Positions 1 through 9,616 of a stretch of 64,000 bases of DNA are shown here, one piece after another. Position 1 is the first letter of the stretch. Every line of letters starts with the position of its first letter. The notes beneath the pieces were generated by a model that ran no database searches, had not been told where the DNA came from, and saw only the letters and a program-made list of their open reading frames with translations. This stretch comes from an uncultured Clostridia bacterium. Its GTDB lineage: Bacteria; Bacillota; Clostridia; Lachnospirales; Lachnospiraceae. The translations under genes and the position numbers were made by a program. The DNA is taken from assembly GCA_946624325.1 (NCBI GenBank), contig CAMOSC010000001.1, forward strand, positions 1,646 to 65,645, written 5' to 3'.

Positions 1-618
1 CGTCCAGTTGTTCATGGGCTCATCGCCCTTTCCCATCCACCAGAAATGACGGGTCAGGTACGGCGTGATGACCCTGTGCTCCACGGAGCTTCTGATCAGG
101 CTGCAGAGAAACGGGCTGACCGCATCCAGCTTTTCCGCTAACAGCGCGTAAGCCGTAGCCAGAATCGCGGCCGTCTCGCAGGAGAACAGCTCGATGACGG
201 GATGATCCACATCCGGAAGGATGAGCTGCGGGGTGTCCCGGATATAGGAATTGTGCGCCGGCAGCTGCCAGGCCGGCTCCAGGCAGATGGAATAGATTCC
301 GTTGATGATGCCGTCCATGAAACGGCCTTTGTTTTCCGCGCATTCCGCAAGCACCAGGGCATTGAAAGCCCTTCTTCTCGTGAAGAATTTCTCCTCATAG
401 CGCACCCGGTTCCCGGTTCTCTTAAAATCCATGAAATCCGTGGCAAGCATCTGCGGGAAGGTATAATCCAGGTATTTCTCGCCCTCGCGCACCAGGAATT
501 CCCGTATTTCGGCATCCAGGCCCTCCCAGGCTTCCCGGTCCGAAGCCGGCGCACAGGGGCGCCAGGGTTTCAGCTCTCCCGAAAAGGCTTCCGCAGGATT
601 TCCGTATAATCTTTCCAT
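1..618 (-). CDS. Heparinase II/III-like family protein, N-terminal part (runs off the left edge; not in the ORF track)
   Basis: Own translation from ATG at 618 after AGGGAG: MERLYGNPAEAFSGELKPWRP...FKRTGNRVRYEE...LAECAENKGRFMDGIINGIYSICLEPAWQLPAHNSY...IELFSCETAA...RHFWWMGKGDEPMNNWT, open to position 1. Confidence 0.75.
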   Translation of the reverse strand, partial: MERLYGNPAEAFSGELKPWRPCAPASDREAWEGLDAEIREFLVREGEKYLDYTFPQMLATDFMDFKRTGNRVRYEEKFFTRRRAFNALVLAECAENKGRFMDGIINGIYSICLEPAWQLPAHNSYIRDTPQLILPDVDHPVIELFSCETAAILATAYALLAEKLDAVSPFLCSLIRSSVEHRVITPYLTRHFWWMGKGDEPMNNWT

Positions 619-773
619 ATCCATCTCCCTAAAAAAACTGCCGTTCAGGTTATCGTAACTCAGAGACGGCTCATGAAATGGCAGAAAACTGCCTTTCCCC
701 GGGCTGCAGCCTGCTCCCGGCTTCCGCATAAGGCAGGACTGCCATACCCGGCGCCGTCTTAAAGAAGCATCCC

Positions 774-2078
774 TCAGTCTTTCCCGGCGCTGCGCGGAAG
801 GCCGTCGATCATCTCCAACAGCTCCAGATAGAAGGGCCGCACGTTGTTCATCTTCATCATGCCGCCCAGCAGGGACATGTGATCTCCCTTATGGACCGGC
901 ATTACATACCAGATTCCGGGAACCGGCTCCATGCCCGGTTCATAGTCTTCCGATACCGCTCCGATGGGCGCCATTGCCGAGACCGTATTTACCAGCCCGT
1001 CGTTCTCCTTCCAGGAATCATCAATCACAAAGCCGCCGGCAGTTACGCCGCTGTAGCTTCCCATGCGCGTGGAAGTTTCCCGGAACCTGGACTCCATCAT
1101 GGAGCGGATGGGGACCTGGTTCCCGTCCGCGTTTTCTTCGGTCGCGCTGCAGGGCACCGCAAAATAATAGGTTCCGGGAAGGGTGGAGATCCGCTCATTC
1201 AGCGCCAGGGCATTGTCTATGAACATATCATAGGCGGCGACATCGTAATCCACCCTGCCGCCTTTCCCGCTGCCGTTTTCCGTCTCATCATCCTCCTCGC
1301 GGGAGCCGCGTGAGGAAAAGATTTTTCCGGCGCGCTCATCGCTTTTGGAAGCCTCCGCGGAATCCGGGGCAAAGGAAGGATCGAAATTCATGTCATAGGC
1401 AGTGGTGCCGTTTGTGGGGGCCGCCAGAGTCACAAGCGCGTGAATCCGGTCTCCCGCACCGCCCCTGAAAAAGTCCGAAAGCTCCTCCGGGTCCGTTGCC
1501 GCCTGTTCCTCAGCTGACCCGTCCGCGAGAAGCCCGGCAAACAGGCGCACGGTCACGCCGCCGAAGGAATGGCCGATCAGCACAAGCTTTCCGCCCTCAT
1601 CCCAGTCCGGGATCAGCGGTTCGGAAGAAAAATCCCTGCCATAGCGCTCGTGTCCGCAGCGCTCGCTGTGCTCCTTCCCGTAATCCACCACGGTCCCGGC
1701 TAGCTGCGCGTAGAGCTCGCAGGCCCGGTCCCAGGCGCTTCCCTCAGGAGCCACGGATGCCGCATAAGCCGGAAATCCCTGCTCTGTAAGATACCCTGTC
1801 AGCTCGCCCCCGAGCATTCCCCAGTAGGGCAGCCATTTATACTGATCGTCGTAGCTTCCCCAGCCGGACAGGCCGTGCACGAAAATATACTGCAGATCCG
1901 AGCCCCCGGATCCCTCCGAAGAGTAAGCTTCCGGCAGTGTCTGTGCCATTCCGTCCGCCGCAGCGTTTAAGGTCTGTCCTTCGTCAGCCCGGACAGCAGC
2001 TGCGTCAAAGCCCGCCGCAAAACTGAAAATGCCCAGAACACCTGCCGCGAAGGCAGCCGTCTTTCTGAAACTGTTCAT
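774..2078 (-). CDS. Secreted lipase/esterase (alpha/beta hydrolase, similar to Firmicute family I lipases)
   Basis: Signal peptide MNSFRKTAAFAAG...; FVHGLSGWG, SAWDRACELYAQL, GHSFGG nucleophile elbow, ENDGLVNT, DHM. Confidence 0.85.
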   Translation of the reverse strand: MNSFRKTAAFAAGVLGIFSFAAGFDAAAVRADEGQTLNAAADGMAQTLPEAYSSEGSGGSDLQYIFVHGLSGWGSYDDQYKWLPYWGMLGGELTGYLTEQGFPAYAASVAPEGSAWDRACELYAQLAGTVVDYGKEHSERCGHERYGRDFSSEPLIPDWDEGGKLVLIGHSFGGVTVRLFAGLLADGSAEEQAATDPEELSDFFRGGAGDRIHALVTLAAPTNGTTAYDMNFDPSFAPDSAEASKSDERAGKIFSSRGSREEDDETENGSGKGGRVDYDVAAYDMFIDNALALNERISTLPGTYYFAVPCSATEENADGNQVPIRSMMESRFRETSTRMGSYSGVTAGGFVIDDSWKENDGLVNTVSAMAPIGAVSEDYEPGMEPVPGIWYVMPVHKGDHMSLLGGMMKMNNVRPFYLELLEMIDGLPRSAGKD

Positions 2079-2230
2079 CCCTTTTTTCTGTCCTTTCCCG
2101 GAATTCCATGTGATTCCGATGTAACCTGTCAAACGATGCCGCACAATTGAAGTGTTTTTCCCGTGAAAAGGAAAAGCGGCCGGAGTCTGAGTCTCTCTCC
2201 GGATCTGAACAGATATCATATATCTGTCAT

Positions 2231-3535
2231 TCAGCGTACAATCTTTGCGAAGGGATAGCGATTGGCCATGTACTCATCCGAGTACATTTCATCCAGACGG
2301 CTCTCCACCGCGTTGCGGGGCTCCTCCCCCCTGCTGCGCATATGATAGCGCCCGAGCGCCGCGGAGGACACCAGGATATCGCAAAGCATAAAAGCAATCA
2401 TAAAACGGCAGACGGCAACGCCGAAGCGCTGCGGAAGATGTTCAATCAGGCTTGAGAGCGGCGGATAGCACACCTTCAGCCAGAGCACGGCTACGCCCCC
2501 CCACACAAGACAGTACAGCAGGTTGATGCGGCCGCCCAGGTTGAGCGGGATTTTGCTGTAATCCCAGAAAATTGTGCCGAAAAGCAGCTCGGTGATTACG
2601 CTGCAGGCGTACTCATAGGTTCCGCCAAGCACCGTACCCATGATAAAAAGGAAAAAAATACTCCGCTTCCGGTAGCGGTAAAGACAGACATTCATGATTA
2701 CCACGGCCAGCCCCCAGACCAGGCTGAACTGGCCGTAAAGCAGGCTGGAACGGTTGGCGTAATACCCGTACTTGATCCATATGAACACCGTTTCTATGAG
2801 AGCACCGGCAAAGGCCATGATCACAAAGAGCAGCACAAGCTTATAAAAGCTGTTTCCCTCCGCAAATACCGGTTTTTTCTCCTTCTTTTCCACAGGCTTC
2901 CTGGTATCCACCTGAGGATAGGCGCGGTTGATATGATGCTCTACAAGGTCCCTGATTCTTTTCCTGAGGCCTTTGGACAGGTTCACAAGTCCCTGGTTGA
3001 AGTAATCAAGCCTGCTGCTTCTGCGCAGCTTCAGCAGTACCGCCAGCGTCCCCGCCAGGTCGCAGAGAAAGAAGCCGGAAAGGACGAGCAGAAGAATGAT
3101 GGAAAGCACATCCGGCACCAGGGAGGTCAGCCTTGCGAACAGCGGGTTGATCAGCATGACGATCAGCGTGCCGAAGGCTCCCCAGAAAATCGAGAACTCC
3201 AGGCAGATGAAGCCGTCCATATTGAAGCGCCGGTCCGAGTAATCCCACCATTTCTGATGGAATATGGCGTTAAGCAGGTGTCCTCCGATCAGCTCGATAA
3301 AGGTTGCCGCAATCATGCAGGCCAGGAAAAGGAACACCGGATGGGAGGAGAGATCGTGGAACAGGAGGGATATCACCACCGCGCTGATGCCGTAAATTGG
3401 GCACATCGGCCCGAAAAGGAATCCCTTATTGACGAATTTCCTGCGGCGGACTGCACTGAATACCACTTCCAGACACCAGCCCGCTGCGCTGTAGCCAAAA
3501 AAATTCCAAAGCAGATTCATGATTCTGATATCCAA
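2231..3535 (-). CDS. Membrane protein with two putative ABC-transporter type IV (CmpB/TMEM229-like) domains
   Basis: Two repeats of GW.LE...N.G.L.GP..P.YG...WWDYS...N..G.I.L; start placed at TTG 7 nt after GAAAGGAG. Confidence 0.75.
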   Translation of the reverse strand: MDIRIMNLLWNFFGYSAAGWCLEVVFSAVRRRKFVNKGFLFGPMCPIYGISAVVISLLFHDLSSHPVFLFLACMIAATFIELIGGHLLNAIFHQKWWDYSDRRFNMDGFICLEFSIFWGAFGTLIVMLINPLFARLTSLVPDVLSIILLLVLSGFFLCDLAGTLAVLLKLRRSSRLDYFNQGLVNLSKGLRKRIRDLVEHHINRAYPQVDTRKPVEKKEKKPVFAEGNSFYKLVLLFVIMAFAGALIETVFIWIKYGYYANRSSLLYGQFSLVWGLAVVIMNVCLYRYRKRSIFFLFIMGTVLGGTYEYACSVITELLFGTIFWDYSKIPLNLGGRINLLYCLVWGGVAVLWLKVCYPPLSSLIEHLPQRFGVAVCRFMIAFMLCDILVSSAALGRYHMRSRGEEPRNAVESRLDEMYSDEYMANRYPFAKIVR

Positions 3536-3730
3536 ATCATGTCTCCTTTCCAAACTCTATTCACTGCTTCCCCGTCCCGGATCCGGTAACGCCGGAGGCA
3601 CAATCCGAAATACAGTGTATCACATTTTATGGTTCATAACAAGTTTCCTTTGTGGCGGAAATGTACTATTTCCGATCGGAAAAAGATCATGACACAAATG
3701 CCTCTTTATGGTACACTTGCATAAATGGCA

Positions 3731-3793
3731 GTGGCTGCAAAATAGTCATCCGCCGCCATTAGGTCAAGGTACAATACTTCTTTTAGAAGGAGG
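3731..3793 (+). repeat. Leader repeat family E, 3' half
   Basis: GTGGCTGCAAAATAGTCATCCG is identical to 12673-12694 and similar to 38233 onward; ends at the GH2 RBS. Confidence 0.75.
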
Positions 3794-3799
3794 CAAACT

Positions 3800-6322
3800 A
3801 TGAGAAACCAGAATCTGGACCGGGAATGGCTTTTTGACCACGGGCAGCACAGTCCTTTTCTGCCGGGCGGGACGCCTTCGGCAAAAACCGTTAACCTGCC
3901 CCACGACTATATGATTGAAAGCGATACCTTCGCGGAGGCTCCCGCGGGGCCCGCCTCCGGCTATTACACTGCAGGCGTGGCGCACTATGCCAAAAATGTC
4001 CTGATCCCCGCCGAATGGGCAAATGAACTGGTATTCCTGCGCATGGACGGCGTCATGATGAACGCCACGGTAGAGATCAACGGCTGCAAGGCGGTGCTGC
4101 AGCACTACGGCTACGCTCCGTTTTCCGTGGATATCACGCCTTATCTCGCGTTCGGCGAGGAGAACAGCATCCGCATCACCGTGAATCCCAGCATGCAGCC
4201 CAACTCGCGCTGGTACTCCGGAGCCGGTATCTTCCGCTCCCTGGAGCTTGTCCACACGCCGAAGCTCCACATAGCGAATGACGGGATCTTCGCCTGGACG
4301 GAGCGCCTGGAATACGGCAGTGACGGCCGCGCGGTGCGCGCCTACCTGAAGGCGCAGGTGGATATCGTCAATGCCTGCTGCAAAAACCGCATTGCGGACG
4401 TAGCGGTATCCCTGATTCCGGACGGGCAGGAAGAACCTGTCATAACCCGCCATACCCGCGTCCAGATCAATCCACACACCACCGATACCGCTTACCTGAC
4501 CCTGACGGTGGAAAACCCGCTTCTCTGGGACGCAGAGCATCCAAACCTCTACAGGGTCCGCGCGGAGGTAAGCGTGGCGGGAGAGTTCCGTACCCACTTT
4601 ATCCAGGCCACGGAAAAGGAAATCACCTCCGACGCCGATTCCGTGCTCTTCGGCATCCGTGAGATCCGTGCGGATGTGGTACATGGCCTGCAGATCAACG
4701 GAAAGACCGTAAAGCTCAAGGGCGGCTGCCTGCACCACGATAACGGCCCGCTCGGCGCGGTATCCCTCTACGACGCGGAATACCGGAAGCTCTCCATCCT
4801 GAAATCCATCGGCTTCAACGCCGTGCGCACCACCCACAACCCGCCCTCCGCCGTCTTTATGGAGGCCTGCGACCGTCTGGGCATGTATGTGTTCGACGAA
4901 GCCTTCGACGCCTGGTCCATGGGCAAGCAGCCCGGCGATTACAACCAGTATTTCGAGACCGACTGGCAGAAGGACCTGACCGCCTTCGTGCGCAGGGACC
5001 GCAATCATCCGTCCTGTATTATCTGGTCCACGGGCAACGAGATTACCGAGCGCGGCGGCCTCGGCAACGGCTATACCCTGGCCACCCGTCTCGCCGAAGC
5101 CGTAAAGGCCCTGGATCCCTCCCGCCCCGTATCCAACGCCATCTGTTCCTTCTGGAACGGCCTGGACGATAAGCTGATGGAGGAGTCCCGTCAGAAGATG
5201 ATCGCTTCCTTCCAGGAAAATGTGCAGAACGCGGATATCGGCGGCAAGCAGGATACCTCCTGGGAGGATTATACGGAGGCCTTCACCAACGGACTGGATA
5301 TCGTGGGCTACAATTACATGGAGAACAAATACGAATATGACCACGAGCGCTTCCCCGAGCGCGTGATCCTGGGCTCCGAAAACTATCCGATCGAAATCGG
5401 AAAGCACTGGCCCATGATTGAGGCGACGCCCTATGTCCTCGGAGACTTTACCTGGACAGCCTTCGACTATATCGGAGAGGCAGGCATCGGAAAGGCCGTC
5501 TATCTGGAGCCGGATGACCCTGACCTGAAGAAGGGACGCTGGGCTCTTTCCTCCCATACCTCGGACTTCCCGTGGCGCACGGCCAACGACGCCGACGCGG
5601 ATATCTGCGGAAACATTCTCCCGCAGGGCGTATACCGGAGCATCGTATGGGGCAGCGGAAAGACCGCAGTCTTCTCCTATGACCCGGACGTATACGGAAA
5701 AGCAGAGGTGATCAGCCAGTGGGGCTTCCCGGACGTGCGTCCCTGCTGGAACTGGGCCGGAAAGGAAGGAAAACCCGTACAGGTGGCCGTATTCTCCGCC
5801 GCCGAGGAGGTGGAGCTGTTTGTAAACGGAATTTCCGCCGGAAGAAAGAAAGCGGACGAAGCACCTGTCTCAGGCATTCCTTACAGCTTCCTGTTCGACA
5901 CCGTCTATCAGCCGGGCCGCATTGAGGCAGTAGGCTATGCGCAGGGGAAGGAAGTCTCCCGCGGAGAGCTTTCCACCACCGGCAAGCCGGCAGCCCTTGT
6001 CCTGCAGCAGGAGCGGGGCGCCGTGCCCGCGGACGGTCACAGCGTCCTGTATGTAAAAGTTCTTGTGGTGGATGCGCAGGGCTGTCAGGTTCCGGATGCT
6101 TCCATAGCCCTGAAGGCCTGTGCGGAGGGTGAAGCGCTCACCCTTACGGCTTTCGCCTCCGGGAACCCGAAAACGGCTGAAAACTATACCTCCGGCAGCT
6201 TTACCTCCTACCGCGGAGCCGCCCTCGCGGTTCTTCGCAGCGGATATGAAGCCGGTACCTGCACCCTGACTGTAAGCGGTGAAGGAATCGGTGAAGCCAG
6301 CATCAGGCTGACGGCAGAATAA
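3800..6322 (+). CDS. Glycoside hydrolase family 2 (beta-galactosidase-like)
   Basis: LPHD, SRWYSGAGIFR, KGGCLHHD, RTTHNPP, WSTGNE (acid/base), ILGSE (nucleophile), GDFTWTAFDYIGE; RBS GGAGG. Confidence 0.93.
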   Translation: MRNQNLDREWLFDHGQHSPFLPGGTPSAKTVNLPHDYMIESDTFAEAPAGPASGYYTAGVAHYAKNVLIPAEWANELVFLRMDGVMMNATVEINGCKAVLQHYGYAPFSVDITPYLAFGEENSIRITVNPSMQPNSRWYSGAGIFRSLELVHTPKLHIANDGIFAWTERLEYGSDGRAVRAYLKAQVDIVNACCKNRIADVAVSLIPDGQEEPVITRHTRVQINPHTTDTAYLTLTVENPLLWDAEHPNLYRVRAEVSVAGEFRTHFIQATEKEITSDADSVLFGIREIRADVVHGLQINGKTVKLKGGCLHHDNGPLGAVSLYDAEYRKLSILKSIGFNAVRTTHNPPSAVFMEACDRLGMYVFDEAFDAWSMGKQPGDYNQYFETDWQKDLTAFVRRDRNHPSCIIWSTGNEITERGGLGNGYTLATRLAEAVKALDPSRPVSNAICSFWNGLDDKLMEESRQKMIASFQENVQNADIGGKQDTSWEDYTEAFTNGLDIVGYNYMENKYEYDHERFPERVILGSENYPIEIGKHWPMIEATPYVLGDFTWTAFDYIGEAGIGKAVYLEPDDPDLKKGRWALSSHTSDFPWRTANDADADICGNILPQGVYRSIVWGSGKTAVFSYDPDVYGKAEVISQWGFPDVRPCWNWAGKEGKPVQVAVFSAAEEVELFVNGISAGRKKADEAPVSGIPYSFLFDTVYQPGRIEAVGYAQGKEVSRGELSTTGKPAALVLQQERGAVPADGHSVLYVKVLVVDAQGCQVPDASIALKACAEGEALTLTAFASGNPKTAENYTSGSFTSYRGAALAVLRSGYEAGTCTLTVSGEGIGEASIRLTAE

Positions 6323-6400
6323 CCCGGCTGCTTTTGTCTATCACCCGGCAGATGTGGACGCTCGCGAGCGGCTTTTACGCCTGCCGGGTTCGTACGGAAA
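6323..6400 (+). repeat. Repeat family B copy 1 (between convergent genes)
   Basis: CCGGCTGCTTTTGTCTATCACCCGGCAGATGTGGA.GCTCGCGAGCGGCT shared with 39045 onward and, reverse complemented, 47940-47987. Confidence 0.85.
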
Positions 6401-6402
6401 AT

Positions 6403-6436
6403 GCCGGCCGCGGATATCGTGATATCCGCGGCCGGC
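6403..6436. terminator. Perfect 16-bp inverted repeat, probable terminator between convergent genes
   Basis: GCCGGCCGCGGATATC-GT-GATATCCGCGGCCGGC. Confidence 0.55.
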
Positions 6437-6470
6437 GTTTCCGTGCAGTGGGTTTCTTTTGAGAACCGGA

Positions 6471-7499
6471 CTACTGCAGAATCTCCAGCCCCCGGCTGTC
6501 CGCGAAGGATTCCCTGTAAACCCAGCGGTCTGCCGGGCCCTTTGCGCCGTTATACCAGTTTCCGGTGATCTCATTGATGATGTTCAGCTTCCCGTCTTTA
6601 TCCTCCATCTCAAACACCAGCAGGCGCTTCTGTGTATGCGGCGTATTCGGACAGTGGAGCGCCATCAGCAGACGGCCTTTAAAATCGTGGAAGAGCATCG
6701 CGTGCCCGCCGTCATGGAAGAACAACGGATCCGGATTCTGAATCCACGGGCCGAAAATCTGCCCGCTGGCGCTTTTCGCGTAACCCACGGCATAACCGTC
6801 CGGCGTAAAATTGGACCACAGCATGGCAAGTGACCCGTCCTTCATGCGGTACAGGAAGGGCCCGTCGGTAACCCAGCCGCCGCGCTCTCCTTTTTTGCTG
6901 TAGAAGGGTGCGGCCCAGGGGGCATCCGAGGCGCGCATTAACACCATCGGTTTCCCGGCCGCGGCTCCCAGATCCTCCGTCATCGGGATCGCCGCGATCT
7001 GCCCGTCTCCCACCTGCAGCCATTCATGGCAGAAGACCATCCAGGGCTTTCCGTCCGGATCCTCGTAGAGGGTTCCGTCCAGGCAATGCCACCCCTCCGG
7101 CGTCGCGGGCGCTTCGGCTACGGGCCTGAAAGGTCCCAGCGGAGAATCCGCCTTCAGGAACTGGCAGCGCCTGAGCGTCCCCTTCCCGCGGAATGAGGAT
7201 ACCAGATAATAACTTCCGCGCCACTTGTGGCATTCCGGCGCCCAGAAATCGTGAAGGCCCCAGAATCCGATCTCCTCCCCGTCAAAAACCCGCACCGCCC
7301 TGCTCCAGTGAATCAGGTCGCTGCTCACATAGGCAAAGGTGACATTCTGCCGGTGTATCTCCGGATCTGCCCCGGGGACAAACGCGGAATACATGTAATA
7401 AAGGCCCGTATCTTCGTCTGCAAGTATAAAAGGATCGCTGATCTGGATATCCCGCACATCCAGGGGATACTCCGGTGCATGGTAATCAAAGCTGTACAT
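6471..7499 (-). CDS. Glycoside hydrolase family 43 protein
   Basis: SDPFI, FWAPE, LDGTLY, VTDGPF, GGHAMLF beta-propeller motifs; start after GGAGG. Confidence 0.88.
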   Translation of the reverse strand: MYSFDYHAPEYPLDVRDIQISDPFILADEDTGLYYMYSAFVPGADPEIHRQNVTFAYVSSDLIHWSRAVRVFDGEEIGFWGLHDFWAPECHKWRGSYYLVSSFRGKGTLRRCQFLKADSPLGPFRPVAEAPATPEGWHCLDGTLYEDPDGKPWMVFCHEWLQVGDGQIAAIPMTEDLGAAAGKPMVLMRASDAPWAAPFYSKKGERGGWVTDGPFLYRMKDGSLAMLWSNFTPDGYAVGYAKSASGQIFGPWIQNPDPLFFHDGGHAMLFHDFKGRLLMALHCPNTPHTQKRLLVFEMEDKDGKLNIINEITGNWYNGAKGPADRWVYRESFADSRGLEILQ

Positions 7500-7617
7500 A
7501 TCTGTCTTCCTCCCTGTGAAATAAACACCGGACAGCCTCATCTCCCGGCGGGTTTCCCGGCAAACCGGAAGCTTTGCAAACAATACCGGCGTCATTCAAG
7601 CCTGTAACGGTACCTTT

Positions 7618-9369
7618 CTAAGCCACTCCGCCCTGCGCTGCCGCATTCATCTGGATCCGGTTCATGCGGGCATAGCTTCCGCCCAGCGCCACCAGTTCTT
7701 CGTGGGTTCCCTGCTCGGTCACCCTGCCCTCCTCAATTACAAGGATGGTATCCGCATTGCGGATGGTGGAGAGCCTGTGGGCGATGGCGATGATGGTCCG
7801 CTTTCCCGAAATGCCCGCGATCGCCTTCTGAATCTGCTGCTCGGTTTCCACGTCCACGGAGGCCGTGGCCTCGTCGAGAATGATGATGGGTGAGCGGCGC
7901 AGAATTGCCCTGGCAATCGCCACACGCTGCTTCTGTCCGCCGGAAAGACGCAGGCCGCGCTCTCCCACCCTGGTATCGTAGCCGTCCGGCATTGCCAGGA
8001 TATCCTCGTGGATGTTGGCCGCCTTTGCCGCCTCCATAATCTCCTCGATGGAGGCATCCGGCCTGGCGTAGCCGATATTCTCCGAAATGGTTCCGTTGAA
8101 GAGGAAGGTATCCTGCAGAACCGGTGAGATATTCTTTCTCAGGCTCTCAATGGTCACATCGTTCAGATCCTGCCCGTCAATCAGGATACGCCCGTCTCCC
8201 GGCTCATAAAAACGCGAGATGAGCTGGGTCAGCGTGGTTTTGCCCACCCCGGTCGGGCCCACCAGCGCAATGGTTCTGCCCGGCTCGCAGTGGAAGGAAA
8301 CGTCGGTCAGCACCGGCACGCCGTCCTGATATGAAAAGCTTACATGGTCAAAGCGGATATCGCCCTTCACATCCCGAAGCTCCTTCGCGCCGGGCTTATC
8401 CTGAATCTCGCAGGGGGCATCCAGGACATTGAGCACACGCTCCGCACCGGCCATGGACTGCTGCATATTCTCCAGCAGGTTTGCCAGGCCGGTCACCGGT
8501 GCGTAAAAGAGGTTCAGGTACAGCAGGAAAGCCACGATGTCCTCCACACTGAGCCCCTCCCTGTAGGCCAGGAAGCCGCCGAAGGCGACCACCAGAATGG
8601 TTCCCAGGGATGAGATAAACTCTACGGAGGGATGGAAAATCGCGCTGATCTTCAGCGCCTGGAGCATTGCACGGATATGGGCGAAATTCTTTTCATCCAC
8701 CCTGCCGGTCTCGTACTCCTCGCGGCCGAAGGACTGGATCTCATGGATGCCCGAAAGGTTGTCCTGGAGCTTTCCGTTGAGCTCGCCCATCATCTTCTGA
8801 GAAATTCTGAAATAGGGGCGCACCTTTTTGGCAAAGATCACGCCGGAACACAGAATCAGCGGGATCGGCGCGCAGGTGATGAGGGCCAGCTTCCAGTTGA
8901 TGGACAGCAGCACAACCAAGACACCGACGAACGTGACCGCATTGGTAATGCTCTCCGGGATGATGTGGGCGTAAAGCAGTTCAAAATCCCGGGTATCGTT
9001 TACCACGCGGCTCATCAGGTCGCCCGTCTGCTTGTCGTGAAAATATCCCAGGTGCATGTGCTCCAGCTTGTCATAGGTCCGGGTGCGCAGGTCCCCCACC
9101 AGATACCAGGCCGCCTTGTGCGCCAGATAATTGCTCATGAAGCGGAAGGCAATCCGCACCAGGTAGAGCGCCACAAGGATGGCCGTCAGCCTGCCGATCC
9201 GCTTCATCCCCTCCGCGTCCACACCCCGCTCCACGATTCCCGTCATGGCGGAGAGCACCTTCGGTGCCCCGAGGTTCACAAATGTAAGACCCAGTGTGGA
9301 GAGAATGGCCACTATGTACAGCTTACGGTAGCGTACCGCCTCCCGGCTCAGTCTCCAGAGAAGTTTCAT
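7618..9369 (-). CDS. ABC exporter, fused permease/ATP-binding protein
   Basis: Six TM segments, GPTGVGKT, LSGGQKQR, ILDEATA. Confidence 0.95.
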   Translation of the reverse strand: MKLLWRLSREAVRYRKLYIVAILSTLGLTFVNLGAPKVLSAMTGIVERGVDAEGMKRIGRLTAILVALYLVRIAFRFMSNYLAHKAAWYLVGDLRTRTYDKLEHMHLGYFHDKQTGDLMSRVVNDTRDFELLYAHIIPESITNAVTFVGVLVVLLSINWKLALITCAPIPLILCSGVIFAKKVRPYFRISQKMMGELNGKLQDNLSGIHEIQSFGREEYETGRVDEKNFAHIRAMLQALKISAIFHPSVEFISSLGTILVVAFGGFLAYREGLSVEDIVAFLLYLNLFYAPVTGLANLLENMQQSMAGAERVLNVLDAPCEIQDKPGAKELRDVKGDIRFDHVSFSYQDGVPVLTDVSFHCEPGRTIALVGPTGVGKTTLTQLISRFYEPGDGRILIDGQDLNDVTIESLRKNISPVLQDTFLFNGTISENIGYARPDASIEEIMEAAKAANIHEDILAMPDGYDTRVGERGLRLSGGQKQRVAIARAILRRSPIIILDEATASVDVETEQQIQKAIAGISGKRTIIAIAHRLSTIRNADTILVIEEGRVTEQGTHEELVALGGSYARMNRIQMNAAAQGGVA

Positions 9370-9616
9370 ATACGGTATCCTCCTTTTTCAGGGAAACCCG
9401 CATGCCCCGCAGTGCAATGCACCGCCGATAAAGGTCACCGAGGCGCGTTTACCACAGTATATTCGATTTTTGGCTCCGCCACAATGGAGAAAACAACACA
9501 TCTGCCGAAACCCGCCGCATTATCCCTCCCCGGGCATTGACGCCCAAATTTCCTTGTGATAAAGTGTAGCTGTGCAGAGCCAGTTACCATTTTTCATTAC
9601 TGCGGAGGAAATCAAT

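Noticed and set aside
20-609. ORF-track entries 20-343, 138-554 and 202-609
   Set aside because: Wrong frames; the real gene is the edge-truncated minus-strand ORF starting at 618
3764-5557. Long antisense ORFs (also 46447-48081, 57592-59187, 42193-43599, 54003-55262)
   Set aside because: Shadow frames opposite well-supported genes in GC-rich DNA, with no motifs or RBS
9374-9391. 18-bp match GGTATCCTCCTTTTTCAG to 52931-52948
   Set aside because: Both are RBS contexts (AAAAAGGAGGATACC); can be explained by convergence
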